From contig NIVC01002148.1 of NCBI GenBank assembly GCA_002269645.1, positions 48,676-80,310 of the forward strand: DNA of 31,635 nt, in the 5' to 3' direction. The notes beneath the pieces were generated by a model. It saw only the letters and a program-made list of their open reading frames with translations. It was not told the DNA's origin and made no database searches. Source of the stretch: Macrostomum lignano (lineage: Eukaryota). This document shows positions 1 to 10,399 of the stretch, piece after piece (within the stretch, counting starts at the first letter, position 1; each line of letters opens with the position of its first letter). The translations under genes and the position numbers were made by a program.

Positions 1-1960
1 CGGTCAGATCATGCCGAACGTCCGAAAACTTTAAGTCTTCAGACAGGCTCGATCGACGCTCCGGCCACCCATCTCGGATCACATCCAGCAGCCGCATGCT
101 TGTCGCATCCGATGATGTTTCAGTGCGTATCATGTCGAGAATTTCAGCGTCACCACTGAAGCAGCGCTCCACTGAAAGGACCTGCCATCTAGAGCTTCTT
201 GAAGCTGCACTGCCAAGTAGTCCGTCGGCCCGTATGCTCGGCTCAGAGTGTCGGCCACGTACAACTCCTTTCCTGGTGTGTACTTGACCCGGATGTCATA
301 CGGTTGCAGCTGTAATAATAGGCGCTGAATTCTGGGAGTAGTGTCACAGAGCGCCTTTTTGAAGATTGCTTCCAGTGGCTTATGATCACTCTGTTCTTGA
401 ACTGTGCGGCCCCACAGGTATCGATGAAACTTTTTGCAGCCGTATAAAATAGCTAGCAGTTCTTTTTCGATTTGTGCGTATGCTTTTTGAGCGTCTGTCA
501 TGGCTGACGAGGCAAAATCTACCGGTCGGTCGTCTTGAAGTAGAACAGCTCCGATGCCACTCTTGCTTGCATCCACTGAGACAACCACCGGCTTGCTGAC
601 ATCAAATGTTGCTAGAACGCGCTCAGAGCAGAGTTCAGTGATGATGGAGTCGTACGCCTTGTCATGCTGGTTCAGCCAGCTCCACATAACGTCCTTTTTT
701 AGTAGATGTCGCAGTGGCTCTGCAGTCGAAGAAAGGTGTGGGCAGAACTTAGCAAGATACGTTACACAACCAAAAATCGTCTCAGCTGTTCTCGCTTAGC
801 TGTTATGCTCTCAAAATCATTCGGCCGAGTCATTTCTTTGATTGCCTTAACTTTTCCTGGGTCTGCTCTTAAACCCATTCGATCCAAGGATATCGCCTAA
901 GTAGTTCAGCTCTGTTAAGCCAACTCTCATCTTCAGTGGGTTCAATGTGACATTTGCACGGCTGCACTGCTCAAGAAGGTCACGGACGGCTTGATCATGC
1001 TCTTCGACAGTTTGACCCCACACGATAATATCGTCGAAAAAATTCTTAGCATTTTTAAGTGATTTGTGACATTTTCCTCCATACGCTTCTGGAACACCTC
1101 GAGAATTGAGCTGAGTCCATACGGAACACGTTTCCAGCGGTAACGGCCACACGGTGTGTGAAAAGTGGTCAGAAACGAGCTTTATTTGTCCAGCTTGAGT
1201 TGATGAAAACTCTCATTTGCGTCAAATGAGCTGTACATTACAGCTCCAGCTGTTGCTATTCGAACCTCCGCTGTCGGTATCGGGTGGTATTCTCTAATTA
1301 TGAATAGGTTCAGATAGGTCGGGTCGAGACACAGTCTCATTGATATATGGCGACATACTATGGCGACATTCGAGACCCATTGTGTTGGCTCATCAACCCG
1401 AACGATGGTGCCATCTTTCTCTAGTCGTTCAAGCTCGCACTTTAGAGGCTGGTATGCTGCAAATGGAACCTTTCGAGGTGGCTGAACCTTTGGAACAGCG
1501 CTATCGCTTAGCCGAATCGTATAAGGTTGACTCATACAGCCTACACCGTTAAAAACTTTGGCGTAACTAGTTTTCAGTTGGCCTGGAGTGAGCTGTGATG
1601 GCTTTGTGACCTTAGCGAAAGTCTTTGGACTTTGTTGGATACTAAATAACTTTTTGATTAATTCTAGGTCTTTCAGTGCAGACTTGTAGCCAATTATTGG
1701 CGTCGAGTTCTCGCCTACTACCACTAGCTGAATTCGGAGATTCTTTTTGCAGGGTGATACACAGTCAAGTGTGTGACACCTACATCATCCAGCTGCTGCT
1801 TATTGTACGTCATCAGTGTCCATGAGGTTGGCTCGATCTGAGCCTTTGGAGCCAGCTGAGTTAGGTGCCTCAATGGTATGACGTTGACGTCTGCCCCTGT
1901 GTCGACCTTGAACAGCAGCTTTCTGCCAGTCTCTTTAACAGTCAAACTCACCATCATTGG
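1..1960 (-). pseudogene. pol: Ty3/Gypsy pol (protease-RT-RNase H, running off the left edge towards integrase), broken by stops and frameshifts
   Basis: Protease FKVDTGADVNVI (ORF 1724..2089). RT motifs QPPRKVPF, RLCLDP.YLN, FDA..SFHQ (1182..1724) and FFDDIIVWG (847..1152). RNase H VDASKSGIGAVLLQ..YAQIEKELLAI..SDHKPL (130..687). Post-RNaseH LLDVIRDGWP read by hand at ~30-110. The PR-RT-RH order is Gypsy-type. Confidence 0.95.
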
Positions 1961-2049
1961 GGAATTGCTAGTTGGTGGATTATCCTGGCCGCAGTTTGGC
2001 TTCTCCAGCGTCATGCTCGATGCCGACATAGGAACTAGAGACTCGTCTT

Positions 2050-2816
2050 CTTCAACCAGCTCATTAATCTTCTTGGACGAGCGGCACATTCATTCTTTCG
2101 ACCACAGGTGCTGCATTGCTTTCCATAGGCCGGACACTTGCGTCGTTCGTGTTGGTAACCACAGTAACCGCAGCTGCGTCCCGGTGGCTTGAATTGGCTG
2201 GCTGACCTTGAACCGCGTCCACTGATGAAGATGTCGCACTGAGTGGAATTCGACTTGGCTGTGCGGCTGTGCTAAGGCTCGAGCTTGTCGCTTTGATGTC
2301 TCAGAAGCTCGTCCGATTTGAATCGCACGGTCCAGTGTGAGCTTTTCCTCCCTCAACAGTCTTTTTCGAAATGCTGGGTCGTTGCTCCCGATGACAATTT
2401 AGTCTCTAATGACGCTGTTGACGATATTCTCCCGATTTGCTGGCTTTTCGTAGTTGCATCGTTTTATTAACTGACGCAGAGAGCTAACAAACTGATGGAA
2501 TTCCTCTGCATCACCTTGGACTCTAGTCCTGAAATGATAGCGCTCAAATGTCTCCTTAGAGTTTGGCTCACAATATTCTTGAAATTTTGCGACTACCTGC
2601 TCGTATGTCTTTACTTCCTCTGCTGCAAATGTTGAATAGATGTCTTGCCCTTCGGCTCCTAATGCAGTAAGAAGTGTTGCAATTTTCACTTCGTCGTCCT
2701 CGCTCGTCTTCTTGGTAGCCTTCATTTAGAGATCAAACGCCATTTTCCATCTTGGCCAATTCTCCGCACGGTTTGTATCAAAGGCGATTCGGTTCTGGAG
2801 GCCTCAGACCATCCAT
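2050..2816 (-). pseudogene. gag: Ty3/Gypsy gag, degenerate
   Basis: ATG at 2816 gives MDGLRPPEP, then a frameshift to IAFDTNRAENWPRWKMAFDL*MKATKK..KIATLLTALG..ETFERYHF (ORF 2399..2725). LLREEKLTLDRAIQI follows, and a zinc-knuckle CGYCGYQH..CPAYGKQCSTCG lies at ~2100-2175. Confidence 0.9.
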
Positions 2817-2825
2817 GCTTATTTT

Positions 2826-4261
2826 ACAAGTAGTATGAAGACGCACACGTCTTTTTGCCACCAGTGAACGGGCTTCTTTTTAGACGTGGGTCTTCATACT
2901 ACTTGATAAACCTAGTTTTGTACCGATAAAAAAGAACTGAGAATCTCAAGAAAAATTTAAATCTCTACTTATCCCATTTTTCTCTTTGTCTGTTCTGTTT
3001 TTCTCCTCTCTAATCTCTCTCTAGTCTCCCCTCTCCTCTCGCTTTTCTCTCGCCTTGCCTTATCTTTATCTCCTCTTTTCTCTTCTCTATCTATTCTCTT
3101 TCATTTCCTCTCTTATCTGTCCCGCAACCATGAACTGGAATCTTCTACAATAGGCCCTCGATCTAAAAAAATTGTCTAAAGTCTCTAGAGCGTAGCAGGG
3201 TTATACAACTCCATTTAAGCTGGTTGTTTCGGCGCAAGATCCTCTAGCATCAGCTTAAGTGCTTGGAAAGCCAGGCCAGTTTTGTGGGACCTAATACTCA
3301 TACTGACTGATACTATCAATCAGATAGTACACTAAACTGACATAAGATACGGGGTTGCAAAAAAAGCTATAAATAAAGTTATTCCAAAACTGTACATACC
3401 TACTTAATAAGCCGCGTATCGCCTGACCTTTTAGCCTGGGGGGGGGATGTACACATAGTGACTTGGAGCAGCGAAATCAGACGGCGGCAATATAGACCAA
3501 TATAGTACAGCAACTATGCTATAGAAATTCGAAATCGGCTTATTCGCACCATGTTCTCAAAATTATAATGAGCAATAATGCGAAAGTCATGTGATTTTTT
3601 GAAAAATCGATTTTTTCGGCACTGCAGAATCGTAGGGAAACAAAACTTTAGACACTTGTAGATTTTTGCATTGCGCATCCAACTGCACTGCTTTGAAGCC
3701 CAAACTCAAAAAGCTTCGTAGGAAAAATTGGCGAAATAATAAAATGAAGGTCATTTTTTACCCAAAAAACCCACCAAAACTGCATAAAGACGCCGAAATA
3801 AATTAAAGTGCCATATACCATTTTGTAGGAAATTTAGTTTTACAACTTTGATCCTTAGATGTCGAAGCCGTATCTCGTAAGGTGTACCAGAATTTTGAGA
3901 TCTCCCAGAAGCACTTTTGAAAAAATCGTCTTTCCACTTAATTTACGGCTTAGTAATAAAATCTCTGCACTTAAAAGTATATTCATTCGATAGATTTAAA
4001 AGTTTTCTATCGATCAACACCTCACTCAACTCAATCGGTGCAGTGGTTGCAAAACAGGAGCATTTTTTGGCGAAAAAACGTGAAATTTAAAAATGCTATG
4101 TAAGAGTCTAACTTATTTACTCGTAAATACTTTCTAGCCCATGTCGGCCTTCGGCCGCCATGGGTAGAAATTATTCACTCGCCCTCGGCCCCTAACGGGG
4201 CCTCGGGTTCTTTCGCTCTCGCCCGCGCCGCCTTCGTCGGCTCGTTCACTGGTGGAACTAG
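2826..4261. mobile_element. Non-autonomous hairpin-ended element, copy 1 (Helentron/HINE-like), inserted between the Gypsy PBS and the gag ATG
   Basis: Same termini as the copy at 4578-6789 (ACAAGTAGTATGAAGAC... / ...GGTGGAACTAG). Subterminal inverted repeat CCACCAGTGAACGGGC 2858-2873 vs GCTCGTTCACTGGTGG 4240-4255 (15/16 match). Stem-loop AAGACG-CACA-CGTCTT 2838-2853. CT-rich tract ~2980-3120. No coding capacity. Confidence 0.8.
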
Positions 4262-4273
4262 TTGCAACTTAAG

Positions 4274-4285
4274 CTTGCGACGCCA
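4274..4285 (-). promoter_or_regulatory. Putative primer-binding site of the Gypsy element
   Basis: Minus strand TGGCGTCGCAAG starts with TGG (complement of tRNA CCA) 5 nt after the LTR end ...ATAACA. The priming tRNA was not identified. Confidence 0.6.
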
Positions 4286-4290
4286 TGCTA

Positions 4291-4454
4291 TGTTATAAGA
4301 AACGAGACCAAATGGCTTGCTAAGTTGTGTCGACAGCTCTTGATTCAATGGATAAGTAAGCGAGGTCTTTTATTAGTTAATTTGCAAGTACCTACATTTA
4401 GAAAGTACAGTGCATCGCGCAGATGTACATAGAGCGCTCAATGCTAACAAAACA
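4291..4454 (-). repeat. Putative 5' LTR of the Gypsy element (~164 bp)
   Basis: TGT...ACA termini; AATAAA on the minus strand at 4369-4374; PBS adjacent. Homology to the uninterrupted paralog (24191 onward) starts at 4455, right at the LTR edge. The partner LTR is outside the window. Confidence 0.65.
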
Positions 4455-4577
4455 CCCAAGTTAGATGGTTTTATTTTCATGCCAGGCGAAGCTTTTATAT
4501 AATAAACAAAGGGGGTGTGGGTGCATCGTAATTGACGGGGACAACTCAAAACTAAATTAGATAAAAATTTTAACAAA

Positions 4578-6789
4578 ACAAGTAGTATGAAGACGCACAC
4601 GTCTTTTTGCCACCAGTGAACGGGCTTCTTTTTAGACGTGGGTCTTCATACTACTTGATAAACCTAGTTTTGTACCGATGAAAAAGAACTTTGAGAAGCT
4701 CAATAAAAATGTAAATCTCTACTTCTCCCATTTTCTCTCTTTGTCTGTTCTGTTTCTCTCCACTCTAATCTCTCTCTAGTCTCCCCTCTCCTCTCCTCGC
4801 TTCTAGCTCTCGTTTTATCTCTTATCTTCTCTTTAGTCTTATCTCTTCTCTATTCTCTTTCTCTCTCATCTGACCCGCAGCCATGAGCTGGAATCGAGTC
4901 TTCCATAATAGGCTTTAGAAGGCCTCGATATAAAAAAATTTCTAATGACTCCAGAGCGTAGCAGGGTTATATTTTGCAAAGAAAGCTATAAATAAAGTCT
5001 TTCCAAAACACTGTACATACCTACTTCAGAAGCCGTATCGCCTGACTTTTTAGTCGGGGGGAGGATTGTACACGTAGTGACTTGGATCTTGCGCCCGACA
5101 AACTTTGTACTGGGCTTGCAATTCAAATGTGCCTGTTAAAGAGCTAAATTTAATACGAAATTCTAATCACGTGACGCCCGTTTATCGATCTAATTTCCCT
5201 TGGTCTGTGTGCGAGTCAAATGAAGCTCTATTACACGCCCTCCAAACCAAGCCGCCAAGCCCTCTCGCGTTGCCACAACCCCACTTGGAAGGGACGGGTG
5301 TGTACATTGTATGTACGATTATTCCTTCCTTTCCTTTCCTTTCTAACCAGCTTAACTCAGCCCAACGCCAAAGCCATGCAAGCAATCGCATGCAAATGCA
5401 AATTATGCAAAGCGGTATGCGGCTTAATCTGATGAATTTTGGTGCAAAAAATGCATTTTTACCTCAAAAGAACATCGAATGGTTATGAAACTCAAGAAAT
5501 CTGTTAAATTAGCTGTATGGAATACTGTGCATTGGTTTCAGTGCAAAATTCTTACCATTTCCAGTTTAAATAGCCCCGAAACTAACATAAAAGTAAAAAG
5601 TCAAGTTTTCAGTTTTTTATCGATAATTTTTTACCCAATGAACCGAATCTCTAGAAATTGCACACAAATATGCCTCATTATGTGGGAAATCAGATTTCAT
5701 AAAAATCTTGTCGTCCTATTGCGTTATTTTGCCTGATTTCAAGCAAAATATAAAAAAATCACTACTCTGATCGATTTCCAATCACTTTTGACACATGAGC
5801 ACTTGTTGCAGACACTCAAAAACTTGGTAAATTTTAGCCAGACATTAGTACAACTAATTGCAGTGTCCGCATTTGATTTACCATTCTTTTAAAAATTTAA
5901 TCACCCTTTTTTCTGGCACCCAATCAGCCAAAAATCACAAATTATCGATTTCTGATCGATTTTTCAACCCGAAAGCAGCGAAATCAGACGGCGGCAATTT
6001 AAACCAATATAGTACAGCAACTATGCTATAGAAATTCGAAGTCGGATTATTCGCACCATGTTCTCAAAATTATAATGAGCAATAATGCGAAAGTCATGTA
6101 ATTTTTTGAAAAATCGATTTTTGTCAATTTTCTCAGCACTGCAGAAGCGTAGGAAAACAAAGCTTTAGACACTTGTAGATATTTGCATTGCGCATCCAAC
6201 TGCACTGCTTTGAAGCCGAAACTCAAAAAGCTTCGTAGGAAAAAGTGGGGAAATAATAAAATGAGGGTCATTTTTTTACCCAAAAAACCCACCAAAACTA
6301 CATAAAGATACCAAAATAAATCAAAGCGCCATATACCATTTTGTAGGAAATTTAGTTTTACAACTTTGATCCTCAGATGTCGAAGCTGTATCTCGTAAGG
6401 TGTACCAGAATTTTGAGATCTCCTAGAAGCACTTTTGAAAAAATCGTCTTTCCAGTTAATTTACGGCTCATTTAAAAAATCTCTGCATTTAAAAGTACAT
6501 TCATTCGATAGATCTAAAAGTTTTCTATCGATCGACACCTCACTCAACTCAATCGGTGCAGTGGTTGCAAAACAGGAGCATTTTTTAGCAAAAAAACGTG
6601 AAACTTCAAAATGCATAAGAGTCTAACTTATTTACTCGTAAATACTTTCTAGCCCATGTCGGCCTTCGGCCGCCATGGGTAGAAATTATTCACTCGCCCT
6701 CGGCCCCTGGCGGGGCCTCGGGTTCTCTCGCTCTCGCCCGACGCCGCCTTCGGCGGCGCCGGGCTCGGCTCGTTCACTGGTGGAACTAG
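4578..6789. mobile_element. Non-autonomous hairpin-ended element, copy 2 (2.2 kb, with an extra 888 bp internal segment 5087-5974)
   Basis: Near-identical ends to 2826-4261. Cleanly absent from the paralogous intron at ~24313 (empty site ...TTTTATCAGAAATAGGATTT...). GC-rich hairpins at 6650-6780. Confidence 0.85.
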
Positions 6790-7156
6790 GATTTATAACA
6801 AATAATACCGTATAAAACAAAGGATTTCTGATTGCTTGCTAAATTAGATTCGAATGTAGCTACTTATAGTAATACAATGGGGATTGGCCAGACCTTACAT
6901 CAATAGCAAAAGCAGACGTGTGAAATATTTTGCTAAGCTTTGACGTTAGCATAAACTTAAATTCACTTAGAAGCTCGGCTGAAAATAGAAAATACGGACT
7001 CTATTCCACTTTTTCTATTTTAAAATTTTAAAGAACCGAAAGTAGTGATGTAAAAAAATTGCTGACATTTGCAAACATTTAATTTTCCGACAGATCTATA
7101 AAACTCGGTTTACAACAAATATACGCTTGTATCATAAAACTAAATTCGATTTGCAG

Positions 7157-7793
7157 TACCCAGAGGTAATCATTCCAACGAAGCCAGACGCCATCGGCGA
7201 AAACTTCGAGTGGAGCCTGGTCTGCTACTCGTGTGCTCAGCCGAACGACGTATTGCGCAGCAGATGGCACCGCTTGCAGAATGAATGTGCCAACTGTGAC
7301 AAGTGCATTCTGCTGGTCAGAGAGAAGGCCAGTGTGGCACCAAGTGACGTTTGGCAGCGTGTCCGACCCAGACCAAGGAAACTCGTCAAGCTGGACATGT
7401 GCAGGAGATACAGCGATATAGAATCCTGCAACGGTTGCAATCGTTCTGAATGCGACTTTGCCCATGGAGACGCGGAGCTGCGGCAGTGGGAGCTGGAGAG
7501 AATCGGCAAATTCTCCTTCAACAAGCTGCTGGAGTCCAATCGATCAGCTGGGTCAGAACTGCCGCTGATTCTCTGCGAGCGACCTGCGGTCGAAGGAGGC
7601 TCGGAGACCCGAATTTTCTACACGGGTCCGGAGTCGCTTCCCGCCAGACTCCCTGCTGGGAAAGCACAAAATTCCTGCTATTCGCTCTGCAACTCTCTAC
7701 TTGAAGGAACTGAGTGCCAGCATCAAGGCATATGCTTCAGTGCTCACTGTGCTGAGGAGGAGCAGCTGTGGAACATCATGCAACAGAAAAGAG
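7157..7793 (+). CDS. Exon: ZC3H7/RoXaN-like zinc-finger module A (CxxC..CxxC + CCCH + CCCH-like), left copy
   Basis: Open frame within ORF 7127..7798: LVCYSC..CANCDK..LLVR..WQRVRPRP..MCRRY..CNGCNRSECDFAHGDAELRQW..LCNSLLEGTECQHQGICFSAHCAEEEQLW. Acceptor TTTGCAG at 7156 (phase 0); donor GT at 7794 (phase 1). Confidence 0.85.
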
Positions 7794-7884
7794 GTTAAAT
7801 CGAGATGCTTACAGAATTCTAATCTTTACGTTATAGCTCGTAATATTGAATAACGCTCGTGTTACAATTCATTAACTGTTTTAG

Positions 7885-8520
7885 ATAATTGGCCCGAACA
7901 TCTGGTTTTAAGAATCGACAAAATCGAGCCCGAACTCATTGGCTGGAGCCTCGAATCGAGCTGCGACTACATGTACAAGCTGACCTGCTACAGGTGCTCC
8001 GAATCACTGGATCCTCTGAGAAGCAGATTCAAGCTGAAGGAAACACAGAACTGTGAGCGGTGCGACCAGAGCATCCTGCTGGTCAGATCGAAGAACAATC
8101 AAATCAACAAGTGGCAACGCATCCGAGACAGACAAGGACATCTGGTCATATGTGATCTCTACCAATCAAACAAATGCAGGCGCTCCGAATGTGACTTCGC
8201 TCATGGCGATGTGGAACTGAAGCTGTGGAAGCTGGAGAGAATCGGCAAGTTGTCCTTCGACAAACTGCTGAAGTCCAAACTGCCGCCGATTCTCTGCGAG
8301 CGGCCTGCGGTCAAAGGAGGCTCGGAGCCCCAGATTGTCTACACGGGTCCGGAGCCGCTTCGCGCCAGACTCCCTGTGAAACGTAAAGATTTCCACACTC
8401 TCTGCAACTCGCTGTTTCAAAGAAAAGAGTGCCTACATTACAAGTATAATCGCGGCAGCTGCTTCTATGCTCACTGTGCTGAGGAAGAGCAGCTGTGGAA
8501 CATATTGCGAAAGAAAAGGG
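7885..8520 (+). CDS. Exon: zinc-finger module B (phase 1-1, 636 bp), left copy
   Basis: Acceptor TTTTAG ends at 7884. The phase-1 join reads QKR-D-NWPEHLVLRIDKIEP..., in frame with ORF 7971..8549 (LTCYRC..CERCD..KWQRIRDR..CDFAHGDVEL..CFYAHCAEEEQLW). Donor GTAAAA at 8521. Confidence 0.85.
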
Positions 8521-8605
8521 GTAAAATAATCATATTTATATGCTATTAGAGTACGTTTTTAACCTTCGCTATTCTCTCTTCGTAAATTAGAACCATGGTT
8601 TGGAC

Positions 8606-8958
8606 CATATAGATCTTATATTCCCTAGATAGGCCACTTTGTATGGCGTAAATAGAGAAAGCGCGACCGCTGTTTTTCGTCACTTGTGCTTTTGTGCTTG
8701 TGTTTTTCGTTAAATTTTGAGTTCAGTAGCTTAGAGACATAGACGCTTTTTTGAGAATTTAATAGAACTTCTCATGAATTGAATAAAAAGCTACTCAATC
8801 AAACTATGAATGGTGCATGCACTGCAGAGACTACGGACGAAATTGAGTTCAGTAGTTGATTTTCGCGCTGTCGCGAGTTGCAAATGTTTTTACATTAGCT
8901 TCTATGGCCACATGAGTGGTTAATGAGTGGCCCATCCTGCGTATATATATATGATCTT
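8606..8958. mobile_element. Possible MITE in the intron
   Basis: Flanked by the direct repeat TGGTTTGGAC (8596-8605 and 8959-8968). Imperfect inverted ends CATATA..GGCCACT / AGTGGCC..TATATG. Confidence 0.35.
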
Positions 8959-9474
8959 TGGTTTGGACTCATGTTTGATTTGGGTGCGCATTTTAGCAAT
9001 GTGCATTGTAACACGATATAAATGTGTAAAAGCGTGCATTAAACGCTAGAAGCGGGCTTAAATGGCTCGTGATCGCGTATTGGCTGGAGTCATTTAATGC
9101 ACGAGAAATATATATCGTGTTACAATACTACTCAATACTTGGTTTTTCTGGCTTAAATGGCTAGGTCACGATTGCGCACTGTGCTCAAAACCAAGTATTG
9201 AATCCTATATTCGGCTGTAAATGTTTTGATAAGCGGAATTTTCATCTATGGATCATCCTGTCAAATATTGTCTCATTTTGAATTGCAGAATTGTATGCGA
9301 AAATTCTATCTTTAGCTATCAGAGATTTACTGTGTGCCAACTAAATCATGTTACCCTTCCCATATAATCTGTTTATATATGACGCTGTTTTCTTGGCCTC
9401 TACCTACATGTACAAAATGCAATACAGAGTTACCTCCTCTTACGCTCGTATCTAACACGCTCAATTACATTTAG

Positions 9475-9827
9475 AGAAGTGGCCTCAGGAGCTGCGAGCA
9501 CTGATCGACCGAATCCAGCCTCAGCCACAACCGAGGCAGCAGCAGCAGCAGCAGCAGCAAGAAAGTTTCGGAACTGAACAACATTCCTTCGGAGAATGCG
9601 GCGCCCACAGGGCCAGCAACAGCAGATCAGAGCGGGGCTGCGCTGTAGGTCAAGATGCTCCTTGCTCAACGCAACAGCAATTAGGAACTTGGCGGCCGGC
9701 AACATCAAATCGGAGCGGGACTGCACTATCTGCCGTAGGTCAGGCTGCTCCTTACCCACCACAACATCAAGGAAGTCGGCAGCCAGCGACATCAGGTCAG
9801 CAGAAGGACAAAATTCGCGACAAATAA
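9475..9827 (+). CDS. Terminal exon with polyQ / low-complexity tail, left copy
   Basis: Acceptor CATTTAG ends at 9474. The phase-1 join gives KKR-E-KWPQELRALIDRIQPQPQPRQQQQQQQQQ...KDKIRDK* (TAA 9825-9827, translated by hand). The exon start is conserved in the paralog at 26065. Confidence 0.7.
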
Positions 9828-10231
9828 ATCAAAGGGTCAGCAGAGCTCCAAGAGCATCAGATTTGAGGATCTCCTTGAAGAGGAAGAATAACCTTTAAAA
9901 GACTGTCCTTGCTGAATTTTTCCTATCTACTATACCTTGTACTTACACTTAAGTTATTCGTCTAACTCTCTGGAACAGCTTCCCGAAATTGAAACAAATT
10001 TTAGCGCACAAGGGCCGCTAAAAAGGAATCCGCGCAGTTTTGTCTTAATAAAATCAAATGAAACTCTGATTGATGAAATCAACCAATACCTAACTAAAAT
10101 GAGCTCGTGACTTGATCAGATCCCTCACTCCCTTTATACTTGTATTCTATCAATCTGGTGGTTCTATATTCGTGCGATGGATCAAATTTGGTCTACAAAG
10201 TGAACAAAAATCTAAGAAAAGCAAAATTCAA

Positions 10232-10399
10232 TTGGGCCCGGCCATAGACTACAGAAACGTATTTATTCCCCACTTGGGCCCGGCCATAGACTACAGAAAC
10301 GTATTTATTCCCCACTTGGGCCCGGTCATAGACTACAGAAACGTATTTATTCCCCACTTGGGCCCGGTCATAGACTACAGAAACGTATTTATTCCTCAC
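10232..10399. repeat. Minisatellite, 4 x 42 bp
   Basis: Unit TTGGGCCCGG(C/T)CATAGACTACAGAAACGTATTTATTCCCCAC starting at 10232, 10274, 10316 and 10358, contiguous with no spacers. Confidence 0.97.

Larger units (their letters stand above)
4455..9850 (+). repeat. Segmental duplicate (left copy) of 24191-~26250
   Basis: Collinear blocks: 4455-4579 with 24191-24313; 6787-8251 with 24314-25855; ~9290-9850 with ~25893-26250. Exons are roughly 95% identical by eye, introns less. Confidence 0.95.

Noticed and set aside
7127-7156. TTG start codons of ORFs 7127 and 24685
   Set aside because: The first 10 codons are intron sequence ending in a TTTGCAG acceptor.
7079-7539. Antisense and alternative-frame ORFs over the zinc-finger exons (also 24637-25097, 8166-8420)
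   Set aside because: Shadows of the real coding frame; they are conserved only because the exon is duplicated.
9430-9898. PolyA-tract ORF 9430..9792 (-) and ORF 9596..9898 (+)
   Set aside because: Alternative readings of the CAG repeat exon; only the polyQ frame joins in phase and echoes the module start motif.
10232-10399. CRISPR-like array, or the ORFs 10112..10534 and 10193..10399
   Set aside because: The units are contiguous with no unique spacers, the context is eukaryotic, and the ORFs are open only because 42 is a multiple of 3.
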